Below are positions 1-12,958 of a DNA stretch of 64,000 nucleotides, in pieces. The stretch lies in assembly GCA_048013815.1 (NCBI GenBank), contig CM106585.1, forward strand, positions 434,001-498,000, written 5' to 3'. The translations under genes and the position numbers were made by a program. Position 1 is the stretch's first letter; every line of letters begins with the position of its first letter. Source of the stretch: Setoptus koraiensis. Its lineage: Eukaryota; Animalia; Arthropoda. A model generated the notes under the pieces. The model was not told the DNA's origin and made no database searches. It was given only the letters and a program-made list of their open reading frames with translations.

Positions 1-420
1 ATTTCGAATCGTTAGAATAGTCACTATTCAATAGTTAAGGAAAGACCCAAAAGTGAATTGTCCCGAAAACAACTACAGAGCACGCGCTGTAACCAGATCA
101 GCAGTGGTGCCAGCAACTTGTGAGACACTTATTTTAACCGACAAACAATAGGCGATTTTACAGCCACTTGTTGTTGTTAGTGGCTAGACAACCGCTCACT
201 GAAATTGTACCGATCGCAACAACTGTGGCGTCAATTGAAGCGATAACAGACACACTTTATTTCAATTTTATTATCATCATCTCTCCATAAGTCTCACCAT
301 TTACCGTGTTTGTAGTGGTCGCCGTCAAGTGACACAGTTGTCAGTGGTGGCGGTCGTTGAATGAGAAGGAGATCAAGCAGTGCTTGTCTTATCACTATCA
401 AGACTCCTGTAAATGAGCAA

Positions 421-449
421 GAGAGCGAGAGAGAGAGAGAGAGAGAGAG
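421..449. repeat. (GA)n microsatellite
   Basis: Direct reading. Confidence 0.95.
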
Positions 450-790
450 CAACTAAAGCAACTAAAACTTTATTTTAAGAGCTGATCTAATTTTATCATT
501 TGTGAGTGTGTCCACTCACTAATTTAATCATTACACACTCGCACACAGCAAAAACGGCCACACTCTTCACCTTAGTCACCATCTCAGCTGGCCGGTCAGT
601 TAGCTTGCCAGCCAACAAACTGTAGACTGTATAGTATAGAGTGTAGAGTCTAGAGAAGCACACATCTAATCTTATTTTAATCATACAGTAGTCGTGAAAT
701 AGAAAAGCCCATACATCTAGGACACACAACAACAATTGCCATTACCATCATCATCACCATCACATAGATTTCATTGCATACTAAAGAACC

Positions 791-3496
791 ATGAAATTGT
801 TCGAGGAACGTATTATACATTGTCATTTGAGCATAGCTCATAAGAAGGACTTTGCCGAAGAGGTGAGAGCTTTAATTGATGTCAAGAAATTTGTCTCGGA
901 TTCGTTCATATTGATGAATGTCACCAAGACTCAAGTATCAGATATAATTGATTACATTCTGGAGAAATTGGTTAAATGTCGCTGTTTAAGCGATGATGTC
1001 TTCCATGAGGCACGCAATTTGATCTACGTAGAACCAAAAGATCAATTGTTGGCCAGCACCATGCAAGGCATCTATAAGAGTCGAATAGATGGACGTTTTG
1101 TTTATGATAACTCTTGGATATTGGCCACATGCAATTTGAGCACCTTAAACAAACGCCAGGTCGCTATAGCCCGTTTGCCTTATCCAGTTAATTTCGGTCG
1201 CTATAGTCAAGAGGTGCGCCTTATTATTATAATTTTGGTGCCAAGCAAGGAGAAACTAACTAAAAGTGCATGGGAAACAGGTCGAACATTTGCTACCATG
1301 TTCACAGATATTGATTTTAGACGTAAACTATTACGGGCCAAAAATCAAGAAGAATTCAAAATAGAGCTTCTAACTAGAGCGGAAACATTGGCTCAAATCA
1401 ATACGTCACCATCAACATCGGACAATCTTTCGTTAGATGTTGACACGGTATTAGAACAAAGCAACAGCAACAATGTGACAAATACTACAGTTGCCATTTG
1501 GAGTGGCAAAATCAGGGCCGGCTTCACTTCGTCATCGGTGAAAAAGAACAAATCAATCGGAAGCAGTGATAGCAACCGACAAAGCACAAGGGCCGGGTCT
1601 TACCGTATTGGCCACGGCCTTGTAAGCGACATAAGAAGGCGCCTCGATTTTTACACCAGCGACTTTCTTGATGGTGAGTGGCTCTTTGCCTCTTTGTGCA
1701 TTTTGCAGATTCTTATTGCAGCACTTTTCCCAATCGATTGTTTCTTCTCTTTAATTAATCTTTTTCCATTAACCGTCTCTTCCAATTTTCAAGGCATATT
1801 TGGACACAATACTCTGTACAAAACCATCTCCACCACTATATTCCTCTATTTCTCTGTATTATTGCCTTGTATTGCTTTTGGCGTTGTCGACACAAACAAC
1901 ACCGAGGGAATTATCGATCCAAAGAAGACAATGATTGGCCAGGCGGTTGGCGGCATGCTGTTTGCCATGTTTGGGGGCCAACCATTGGTTGTTGTTATGA
2001 CCACGGCGCCTCTGTGTATATATGTAAAAGTTATCTATTTGATTAGTCAAGATTTGCAGGAGGACTTTTTAGCTTTTTATGCGTGCGTTGGCTTGTGGAT
2101 GGCACTATTTCTAGTCATATTCTCTATTACAAATTTGAGCAATCTTATGAGATTTTGCACTCGCAGCACCGAAGATATATTTGCCATATTTACAGCCTTC
2201 GCATTTGGTGCAGATGGAATCAAAGAGGCAATCAGATCGTTCCATAAATATTATTATGAGCCAGAATGCTATACTCAAGGTACTATATTGGTGTCGCACA
2301 CTTTAGATCGTAGTAATAAGAATTTGACGGCCACTTACACTTCCGCTCTGGCCGATTTGGAGAATGGACAACACAATAATGCATTGGGACATGAGCTTAG
2401 TGTCAATCATAGATGTAGTCGTGAAACGTGCATATTGTTTTTGTTTCTAATGTTTGGAACACTGTGGTTGGCCAATTCTTTCAATCATTTCAATCAGACA
2501 CCCTATTTAAGTACCCGCAAAAGGGAAATAATCAAAGATTACGCCTTAGCCATATCGGTGCTCATATTTAGTTTTATTGGCACATATCTATTTGTTGACG
2601 TCAAGCTAGATCTGTTTGAATTTAGCGATTTTACTGGACTACAAATGGCCCAAGTGCATCTATTATCCGCCAGCACTATTGGCGTATCATCCATTTTGGG
2701 TTTTATGCTTGCTATACTATTCTATATAGATCAAAATATTTGCGGTGCCATGGTCAACAATGCTCCTTATAAACTTAAGAAGGGCGACTATTTCCATCTT
2801 GATCTATTAGTGTTGGCCTTATTGAATGCATTTTTATCATTAATTGGATTTCCGTGGATGCAAGGCAAACTACCGCATTCGCATCTCCACTCGAAGGCAT
2901 TAGCCGATTACGAAGAACGAGTTGATGAGGGCCACGTCCATCAAGTTATTGTCAACATTAGAGAGACAAGATTAACTGGGATATTGTGTTCGTTACTCAT
3001 TGGTTTGTCCTTAATGGCCGTACCCTATCCATTATCTTACATTCCAATTCCCGTGCTTTCAGGAGTATTCCTTTATACGGCAATGTCGGAATTCAGATCC
3101 AACTCGATGATTGAGCGTATATGTCTATTTTTCACAGAACAGGTAAGTCGAAAATTGTCTCCTCGTGTTGCCACTCTAAGTCCTATATGCTGTAATACTC
3201 ACTTTCCACAACTTTCTGTCATCATTCTCTTGCTAATAATTTGATTATTATATCAATTTTAGGCCGCCTATCCACCAAATCATTACATTAGACGCTGTCC
3301 ACAAAGAAAGATCCATTTCTTCACAATCGGTCAATTGATTCAATTGCTTCTCGTGTGTGTTATTGGCTTTTATCCAAATCCCTACGTAAATATGGCTTTC
3401 CCGCTTGTGGTAGCCACATTTGTACCTTTCCGAGAAAAGATACTTCCTTGGTTCATAGATGCGAAATATCTTGATTCGTTGGATTCGCACAATTAG
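791..3496 (+). CDS. SLC4A11: SLC4A11-like (BTR1/NaBC1) anion-exchanger family transporter; 3 exons, ~821 aa
   Basis: Exons 791-1673, 1794-3142, 3263-3496, with GT..AG introns 1674-1793 and 3143-3262 (both 120 bp) restoring the frame. The peptide has SLC4A11-type segments: KDFAEEVRA, ETGRTFATMFTDIDFR, SDFLDG/IFG..TIFLYFSVLLPCIAFG, GQPLVVVMTTAPL, LPHSHLH and the terminal YPPNHYIRRCPQRKIHFFT..AKYLDSLD. Confidence 0.93.
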
Positions 3497-3767
3497 ACCA
3501 ATGAATCTACTTGTATGATAAGTAAATTTGGTAACATTAAATATCACCATCAGAAAATATCAATAGAAAACACGTGAAAAATTGCCACTGCAACACGTCA
3601 TTCATCTCACCTCTCCAGTGGAGGAAATCTTTCAAACAAGCGCTCACACATATACCATTGTTTACACACTAAATTAGTTTTCTTTTTGTTAACTTGATAT
3701 TTATTTTCAATTCTCTTTTTTACAGATTTTGGTTATTTTTTTGTCTTAAAACATTGTGTGTGTAAAA

Positions 3768-4179
3768 TCACGTTTTAGCGGGCGTAAACGCCATCGAATT
3801 CGATCGCTGCAATGGTTTATTATTAGCTGGTGACCAAACCGCCGAACTTGTTCGACGTAGGTATCTACTACAAACCGCCTTATTTTTGCCGAATATCTCT
3901 TCCAATCGAACCGGTATTACTGTTGGACGTGCAAATATCTTCCTAAATTGGCGGCGGTGCTCATCCGGTGTCTTCGAAAATTGCTCTGTTACGGCCGTCC
4001 TTAAATGTGGGGCGCGGGCCCAAACAGCAACCTGCAGATTTTTCTTTGAGGACGTAGCATCGATGGTGTCTCTAGTGTTATCTTCATCGGCTATACTGAT
4101 GCTGATATTGTTACGGTCTAACTCGTTAGCGACACAAGCCGGTTCGTCTTTTCTAAAAGTACTGTTTTGTATTTTCTGT

Positions 4180-4214
<35 letters not shown>

Positions 4215-5483
4215 TTGTAGCTGCTGCTGTTGTTTTTGTTGTTGTTGTTGCAGCTGCTGTTGTTTTTGCTGCTGTTGTTTCTGTTGCTGTTGTTTTTGCT
4301 GCTGTTGCTGCTGTTGTTGTCTTATCTGTTCCTCTAGTTGCTGTTTCTGCTGCTGACGAAGTGATTCTTGTTGTTGTAAATCTAGTTGCCGCTGTTGCTG
4401 TTGAGATTCTTGTTGTTTTTGTTGATGCTTCTGATATTGTTTGGAATGTTTCGGTTGTTTCTCTTCTTGTTCATGCTCTTCTTCATGCTCTTCTTCATGC
4501 TCTTCTTCATCCTCTTGATGTTCCTCTTCCTGTGTATCATCATCAGCGTCATCCATATGAACATCATTATTCTCATTTTCATCATCATCATCACTGTTGC
4601 CATCGTCTTCTTGTTCAAGCTCTTTATGAAGCTTCTTTTGTTGTTGCTGCTGTGGTTGGTGTTGCGGTTGTTGGGGCCGATTTTTTGCGACAACTGGCGA
4701 AGGCATTGCGAGACGAGGCTTTTTACTATTGTCTGTCCTGAGCTGTCTACATCTATCCGGTTGCTCAGTTTTTTGTCTCGCTTCTCTTATTTCGGCAGCT
4801 CTTCGAGAGCGTCCCTCGCGAATTTCTTTGGCTTTTTGTGCCTTGAGATCCAGAGCTGCTTGCTTGGCAGCTCGAGCTCGATCTTCTTTTATTTGTTGCT
4901 CCCGCAATATTTTTAGGCGCCGAGCTTCATCTGCATCGCGCCTTTTCTGAGCAGAGTCGCGATGTCGTTGAGCATTAAGCAGTTGACGAGTTCGAAGCAT
5001 ATGTACAGAAGGGTGGTTATTATTAATGGCATTTTGGATGAGACTGGAGTTACTGCTGCCGGAGCCTCCAGATTTGACACTGCTAGCCTGATTAGATTTT
5101 ATAAATGATCTCAACGACTGGTGAGTTGGTGTTGTAGGAGGGGTGGCCTGAATTCTTGGCTTGGTATGGTTCAGTTTAATTTTGGCATTACTATCACAAT
5201 TAGAATTATTATTCAGGCCAGATATACCATTGGTCAGCGGTTGGTAGTTAGGATTTTGAGCATGCATTAGAGTTATGGTCGGCGGTAGTTTGAACTGCAT
5301 GATTTCCTGGTAAATGTCATCGGCACGTTTTGATACGGCACGAGTTTTTCGGCCTCCATCACCAGTTTTTGTGATTTTCATATATTCCAAATATTTTTCA
5401 CAAAGATCATCAATTGCCGGCAGTTGTAACTCCTCCGGAGATAATCCAATACGGATGATATAGCCCCCTTCATGTTGATCCAT
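3768..5483 (-). CDS. INCENP: Inner centromere protein (INCENP)-like, 571 aa, single exon
   Basis: C-terminal IN-box/Aurora-B-binding pattern VWARAPHLRTAV..Q..IF..VRLEEIF...RRTSSAVWSP. It is preceded by a charged R/E/K helix, an acidic tract and a polyQ tract. Confidence 0.8.
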
Positions 5484-6367
5484 GAGAATTGCTGTCTGAG
5501 GAAACTGAGGTGATGATAAAAAAAGTTACGACATCAATAATAATGTAAAAATAGTAATATTGTTGTATAAAAAGGTCCACCAGTACTTATGCGATAGGTT
5601 TGTATTAATCATTAATTAGGGGTACAACAAAAAAGACGTGTTGAATACGTGCTGTATAAATGTCATACTGGATGGTGATTAAATTTTGTAAACATCTCAT
5701 GTCGGTCCCAGCCACAGCGTGGCGCCACCGTGCTTTGTGGAACTCACTGTTCGCTGGATTTTCCGATAAATAAGGTGATTATTTCACTGAAGGAACAGTT
5801 TAAACTAGCGTACATTTGATGCCTGGCTGAAAAAATTGTTGAAATACCGAGCGCCGCGCTGCGGTCGGAATTGGCATTGAATTTTTAAAAATTTACGCAG
5901 CACTGAGCGCTTTTATCAGCTCGTTCCGCACACCAGATCCACTATTTATGCTACTGGCTAGGGCTTATCCGTGAATCTGTTTCACTTTGTGTGTCTGTGT
6001 GCGCGCTTTATCCGACAGAGTCTGTTAACCAAATGCAAGACGTGTGCTATTCACTCAGGCTGAGTGACTCAGCAATGCACTGCATTGCATGGCAGACTAA
6101 TGCATTGTGTGAAATCACGCGCAAATCTTCTCTATTCATGAATATCACACAGACAGTGAATATTGAGAGATTCGTTCTTTTCCCTGCTTCTTTGATTCCC
6201 CCGATTTTTGAATTTTTCGATTTGAATATCGCGCTAGAATAGTGCCATCTAATGCCGGTAGACTTGTTACCGAGCTGTTTCGATGAAGGACTTCATCGAA
6301 AAGTCAAATCAAACTATTATCCGTTCGCAACTACCAGTCTCCCGTTTGTCTGACACACATATTATGG
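5484..6367. promoter_or_regulatory. Probable bidirectional promoter region between head-to-head INCENP and TBCC
   Basis: 884-bp divergent interval with a CpG/GC-richer patch at ~5700-5940. Function is inferred from gene geometry only. Confidence 0.45.
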
Positions 6368-7174
6368 ATGAGGACATTCTGTCATTTCAAACAGTCTCCA
6401 GGACGAACAATGGATGAACTATTAGATAAATTGAAATTATCCTCTAAGCTGAGTGTCGACGAGGCGCGCACGGCAGTGAAAGATATAGAGAATTATATTT
6501 GCAATAACAGCGCCACAATTCCACCTTATTTTCTCAAGATAGCCCAGGACGAAGTGAGGCAACTTGAGGCCGTCATTCACCAGCCCGTTGGCTTCAAGTT
6601 CAAGAAGAAGACTGACGGTCTAAAGAAGGAGCCAGCAGAGGTAACAGCGCCCAAAGTCGAGTCTCGTCCCAGTGAGGCCGAGCCAGAAAGCTCTGGTGTA
6701 GCACCAAGTTTTGGATTCAAAGGAAAATCAGACGAGACGCTCAGTTTAGATAGCGACCAAGTGGATGGCAAGGATATTGGTCTGGTCGATCTTAAAAACT
6801 GCTCCATAGAAATCAGAGGTTGTGCTAATTCTGTCTACATAAAAAATCTAGTCTCATGTAAGGTCAAAATAGGTCTGGCATCACGGGCAATTTTATTAGC
6901 CGATTGCACGAGTTGTGAGTTTTTTTTAATTTGTCAACAATTGCGCATAGATTCGTCCAATAATTGCACATTTGAGCTTTATGTTTCAAGTCGCGCAATG
7001 CTGGAAAACTCAAAAGATCTCTCATTCCGATGTCTGAGGTGGACCTTTGATGGTATGAAAGAACTATTGGAAAGAGTCAACTTCAAACCAGACAATAACA
7101 ACTGGAAACAAATAGATGATTTTGATTGGCTGTCTAGAGATACAAAATCGAAAAACTTTAAATTGCTTGATTAA
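6368..7174 (+). CDS. TBCC: Tubulin-specific chaperone C (cofactor C), 268 aa, single exon
   Basis: N-terminal helical region ending in GFKFKKK, then a TBCC/CARP beta-helix (LKNCSIEIRG..CEFFLICQQLRIDSSNNCTFELYVSSRAMLENS) and C-terminal NNNWKQIDDFDWLS..SKNF. Confidence 0.9.
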   Translation: MRTFCHFKQSPGRTMDELLDKLKLSSKLSVDEARTAVKDIENYICNNSATIPPYFLKIAQDEVRQLEAVIHQPVGFKFKKKTDGLKKEPAEVTAPKVESRPSEAEPESSGVAPSFGFKGKSDETLSLDSDQVDGKDIGLVDLKNCSIEIRGCANSVYIKNLVSCKVKIGLASRAILLADCTSCEFFLICQQLRIDSSNNCTFELYVSSRAMLENSKDLSFRCLRWTFDGMKELLERVNFKPDNNNWKQIDDFDWLSRDTKSKNFKLLD

Positions 7175-7930
7175 ATGATGTACAGCTTTATCATGTTTAT
7201 TTTTGTACTAATCAAGAAACAACTCATGAATGGAAATCTCAGATATTCAATATTTGTATCTTAACTTCTTTACTTGTTTGTTAGGTTGTGCTTGAAAAGT
7301 ATCCGATCTCGCAAGAATTTTTATCGTAGCATTCTTCAATTTGCAACTTATAAACTTGTTACAGTACAACCTGTACAGTAAGTGGTTAGATTGTGAAATA
7401 GAACTGAACTCAGGAAGCATGTTTGGCTTCATTAAGGTGATCTTGCTGGTTGTGATGCAAACAACATCTTGAGTAACTACATGTAGATTACTCACAGTTT
7501 GATGATGACAGCCGTATATCGTAATCAGCACTGACTAAACCACAGAGAAGAACCTATTTCACCTTTGAGAGAGATACTTAATTTTTGTTTGCATAGCTTT
7601 GATCCTGAGTATATGCAGTCAGCATTCTACTAATATAGCCAAGCTAGTAAGTATACTGGTCTACGTGTTCAATATTATTAGTTAAGCATTCTGACCACAA
7701 GCAAATGACTGGTCATTGACTGTTTTAATTATGGTCAAGTATACTGTGTGTGCCGCAATGTATAACATAAAAATGATACCTTGAACAAATTCTGTTTATA
7801 AAATGCAACCAATAACACGCGATTATAATCTTGTCAAAAATAATAAATTCACTTATTGTATCTGAACCAACGAACAAAGTCTTTCTGTAGAATATTTTGG
7901 GAACAATAGCTCATATCGAGTAACAATAAA

Positions 7931-9947
7931 ATGAAGACTATAAATTGCTTATCATTCCTTAATCTAGTCATCTTACATTTGATTTTATTCTTCATTGAAG
8001 ATTCATGTGAGTATTCAAAAAAAAAAAATGTTTGCAGCAAGTGTTTCCACTGTTACAATTTTAAATTGGTTTATCAACTCGAACTAACAGAGATATATAA
8101 ACATTCAATCAACAATAATAATAATACATTAGATCCTCATGCGTTACGGAGGTGGCCAAGATCAAGGCAAGGTTACTCGTACTTAGCAAATGATACAGGT
8201 AAATACATCCGTACAAGCTTTAGTTAAACTACCTGAGCAGACCCAATTGACGATTTAATAGACTAGAGTATGTCAACTGATGACTCATGTTAAAACATTT
8301 AAATCACTTTTCAGCATGCACAGTAGACGACATTGTTTACCGAGAAGGGGATTCCATACCAACTGGTGATCCATGCGAAGTTTGCCGTTGCCGGCCACCA
8401 GGATTCCATTGTGTTGTTCGAGACTGTCCGGTGAAGCCTGGTAAGCTATAACTTTTTCTTGTGTGCAACGCAAGCCTTCAGACTTTAACATATTTCCAGA
8501 AAGAAATAGAATGATCTCGAGTAAGTAGACTAATTTCTGTGGGACTCAACGAATCAAAATATGATTTTTATCACAACAGGTTGCAAAGCGATAAGAAGGG
8601 AAGGCGAATGTTGTCATGATTATCAATGTGGTACGTGAATAGACTTTTAGGCCAAGGATTTGTTCTGCTGAGAGAGTGTCCTACTATCTAATATCCCCCT
8701 TTTTATAATTAATCTCCAAAGGTTGTGAATATAATGGAAAATACTTCAACGATGGCGATGCAATACCCTTCGAAGAAAGCCGATGTTATGCATGTGTCTG
8801 TCAAGGATCCTCTATAACATGTGCCCTATTGAAGTGTGAATTTCGGATGGATTGCGAACCCGAGTATATAGCCGGAGAGTGTTGTCCTCGTTACGATCAC
8901 TGCAGACAAGGTTAGTAAAGAACAATAGCTAGATATATGAAGGAATATTGCTGGCTTCTATAAAAATGATTACAACAATTAACAAGTTTTATTTGTACAC
9001 AAAATACAGACACGAATAGTTCTCAAACGGAAATGGCGGAACAGTTCGATAATTCATTCGATAGCGAGTCCGTAATGATGATTGGAACCAATGTGACAAC
9101 TAATTATGCGAGCAATGCCACTTTAGGGGATCTGCAAACAACACCGGTGCCCAAATCAACAACAACTGATGGGTCGGTAAGCAGCACCAACTACTCTTCT
9201 GATTACAGGCCGCCCTCACAGAGTTTCAACCTATCCGATACTAAAGTCATAGTCGATGAAAACTCGTTACAACCAATGCCATTGATGACAACCAATCAAA
9301 CAAATAAAAAAATAGAGGACAGACCAGTAGGTATCGTACCAGATGAGCCTATTGATGAAAAAAACGTCAGACAATTGATTATGACTGTAACAGAGGCAGT
9401 TCTCAGGGTCTCATCTAATGAAACACCCACAAATGTAGTTCACCCGATTCCTAGTATGAATTCGTCTTCCACAACTTCTAAAGAACAACCTGCACTACAG
9501 CTAGCAGAAAATAAGCCAACAAAAGAGCCAGATTCACCCAGCAAAGAGTTGCAATCTATTCAGATAGAGTATGTTAACTCTAACCAAACGGCCAAAAGTG
9601 ACATTGCGGGCGATATGCTGTTTACAAATGTAACAAAATTGGATCAAAGAGACAAAAAGGAAACTTCATTTGGTTCGCTTCCAACGAAATTGAATTCATC
9701 CGATGAGGTAGACAAACCAATCGCTGAAGGTTCAAAACCAACGCATTCAATTGTGAATCACACATATCCATCCTACAACAAGACATTCACAATGAAACAT
9801 GGCGGCACAATGGTGGTACAACATTCAAATAAGGACACAGAAGTAATCACAAATCAATCGATTAATAATGACACAAAATTAGCTGACCCACCGATATTAT
9901 TAGAGCCAATTCCATCTCCAGTGACAGCAATCAATGCAAAAGTATGA
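7931..9947 (+). CDS. Secreted protein with two von Willebrand factor type C (VWC) domains and a Ser/Thr/Pro-rich tail (tenectin-like architecture), ~481 aa, 6 exons
   Basis: Hand-spliced exons 7931-8006, 8133-8198, 8315-8440, 8580-8630, 8722-8910, 9010-9947 (1446 nt, in frame, GT..AG introns). It has a hydrophobic signal peptide, VWC1 CTVDDIVYREGDSIPTGDPCEVCRC..C..DC..GCK..EGECCHDYQC, VWC2 CEYNGKYFNDGD..CYACVC..ITCALLKC..DC..GECCPRYDHC, then the S/T-rich ORF to 9947. The first two exons are less certain. Confidence 0.75.
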
Positions 9948-11118
9948 AAGCAGTTGCAAAAGAATAAAATTCGCGGCCAAGGTTTTTGTTGGGCACTTGC
10001 ATTTAAACAAAAACAAATTTGACTAACATGATGAGTGAAATTGTAACTTATCAAGTATCATAAGTATTATACAGTAATTAAGATGCAAATAAAACCCGAA
10101 GAACAAACCCCTTTGATTGACATGATGATCAACGCTACCGGCAGCCACTAAATTTATCATACTTCGTTCATTTATAGTACTTGATTAATAAGAATTGAGC
10201 TCTCGATTAATAAGTCTAGCTCATCGAGGATCGATCGATAAAAACAACTAGATGGCGTAATAATTGACCAAAATTGTTTTGTTTGAGATGTTGACTATTG
10301 AACGGTTTTCTACTATTCTCTCTATTCTTTGCCTGGCAACAGTGACTGCTCGACACTATGGCGTGTGTGGCCCTACTTGTTGTCTGTAATGCTGCCGGGA
10401 TGAGCGAGCGATACAGCTTGCGTGGTTCATGGCGATCACAATGGTGCTGTGAGGTGGATGCGCTTGCGCATACTAGTGGACAAGTTGTCTGTTTGTTTCT
10501 CGTTATAGAATAGTGTTCGTGTGTGTGTGTGTGTGCGTGCGTTATACTCTATATAAGTTGATTCGAGCTTTGAACACCAGAGGAACGAGAGCGCGTTCTG
10601 AGTGTGCGTGGAGCGCGTGTTGAAGGGAGTAAAGTTGGCGTTTCGTAAGATTGTGATTTGGTTCGATCATTGTTCACAATCGGTTACCACGTTCGTTTGT
10701 GATTGCGTGAGTGTGTGTGTGAGTGCAATTGTGCCAGTGCTCACGTTATAAAAGATGCCAATAATCACGCATCAATACCAACGACAATAGGCTACACGAC
10801 TACAGCAACCATCTTGTTTATGTATGAGGTATCCATGTGAGCGCCAACAGTTCGATTCGTTTCCTTGAGGTTCGCTAGCCCATGCTCGCTAACTCACCAA
10901 AAATTTAGTGCACTCTACACTATTGAGTTGGTCACTATTGTTGGTCGTCGCCATTTTTATTAGCATACATTAATTAATAACAACAAACAAATTACAACAA
11001 ACTCATTAATTTATACACACATAGATAGTTGATGCGTGCGCGCAAATCGATAATTGATTTGCATATGACATTCATTTTTTAATAATCAACTCGTAAGCCC
11101 ATTTTAAGCAGCAGCAAC

Positions 11119-12958
11119 ATGCACAATCATTCGCACACAGTTCAATTGCCATATACAACAGCATCGGCAAACATTGTTGCCAAGGCAGAGTTCATCAGGC
11201 AACCGCCGGCCAATTTGAGAAAATCAAATTTTTTCAATTTTACAGTAAAACTATACGATAAATGGGACAATCCCATCGAAATAGAAGCGACATACTTTTT
11301 AGGCTTCATAGAGAAAACCTATGAGCCAGATGTCTGCAGCAAGACCAACAATGGCATACGATACAAGCTGCAAGTAATAACATCAACAGGAGTCCGTCAC
11401 CATCAAGACATTTTTGTGCGCCTCATTGATTCAAACAATCTCCAAGCGATTGTTTACGAGGGCCAAGATAAGAACCCTGAAATGAACAGAGTGTTATTGA
11501 CCCACGAGGTTATGTGCTCCAGGTGCAGCGATAGAAAATCTTGCGGAAATCGCAACGAGACACCCTCTGATCCGGTAATCATAGACAGGTGAGTACCACA
11601 CATTTTACATATACACGTACTTCGTTGCTATGCATTTTTGCTTCTCTCCTCTTCCGCTAATGTGTGTATCAATTATATTAATGTGTAAGTTATTTCTCTC
11701 GCGTTGGTGCACGCTAACAATCAACAGATTCAATTTGAAATTTTTCTTGAAATGTAACCAAAATTGCCTAAAGAATGCTGGCAACCCACGTGATATGCGC
11801 CGCTTTCAGGTGGCTATCTTGTCGGAAATGATTGTAACCCAACAGAGCATAATTGGTAGATCGGACAATATGTTTGTGCACAATAATTCAAAACATGGCA
11901 GACGCACCAAAAAGAGTATTGACGAAATCGAGAAGCAATATCAAAGATTGGCACGAGTTGTTCCTCGCTTCCCCAGCGATCCAGATAAACTAAGCAAAGA
12001 GGTTATCCTAGAGCGGATAGCCACATTGGCAGAAGCCTTGTTTCATCAAGCTAAAAGCGCGGCAGCCACTCATCCCAGTTACCATTATCATAATCATCAT
12101 CATCATTCATTAACAACCAACAATAGTAATAGTAACAGTAGTCTAACTTCAGCCGCTAATAATTCAACTCATGTCAATGGAGTTGCTACTCATTTACCAG
12201 TTACGACAGGCCAAGCCGCTACACACAATAATTGTTCATCTACCACCTCAAACGCTCATCATAATACTTTAACAAATCAGTCTAATAATCATCACACAAA
12301 CAATAGTAGTGACAACAATAGTGGCTCGCATTTGCATCATCATCGTGTTTCTAGTAACAATGATCATCACCATCTAGCCTATAATAGTCATCACAATCAT
12401 CATAGTCATCATGGAAATAATAACGATATCCAGCATTCGGCGACACAACAATTAAGACACCTAGGTAATAGCTTGCTAGGTAATACACCAAACCAAGTTA
12501 TTGTCAGCTGCTCGAAATCTGCCCTGACTAATATTGGTAGCGCAAGTACAACGGCTATAAGTAATGAAGCGTCTTTAATCAATAGTAATAACAACAATAA
12601 TGGTAATAATTCCATTTATAGTCATGGCTCACCATCTTCATCAACTAGTGCAGCATCGCCACCTAACAATCCGTTTGCTGGCGGCCACACACCCAATGGA
12701 ACCTTGTATAGCCATCAGCACCAGAACCAGCACCAACAACAACAGCATCAACAACAACTTCAACATCAACAGCACCAACAACAGCATCAGCAACAACAGC
12801 CCCAACAAATAGATCATATGGTCGACAGTAAACAGCATATATTACCTGAATTTATACATGTAACAACATCATCAGGCGATGTGCCACATTCACATTCAAT
12901 ACAACAACACAATGGCTACAGCAATCAACCATACAGCCATTATCAGCCTTTCCAATAG
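11119..12958 (+). CDS. kn/EBF: COE (Collier/Knot/EBF) transcription factor lacking the IPT/TIG domain, ~566 aa, 2 exons
   Basis: Exons 11119-11588 and 11728-12958 (139-bp GT..AG intron). COE DNA-binding domain [92 protein letters not shown]. Then an HLH-like segment [34 protein letters not shown] and an H/N/S/Q low-complexity tail. Confidence 0.95.

Noticed and set aside
3886-4950. Cys-, Leu- or Met-rich ORFs overlapping INCENP
   Set aside because: Antisense or alternate-frame products of the CAG/CAA and GAA repeats.
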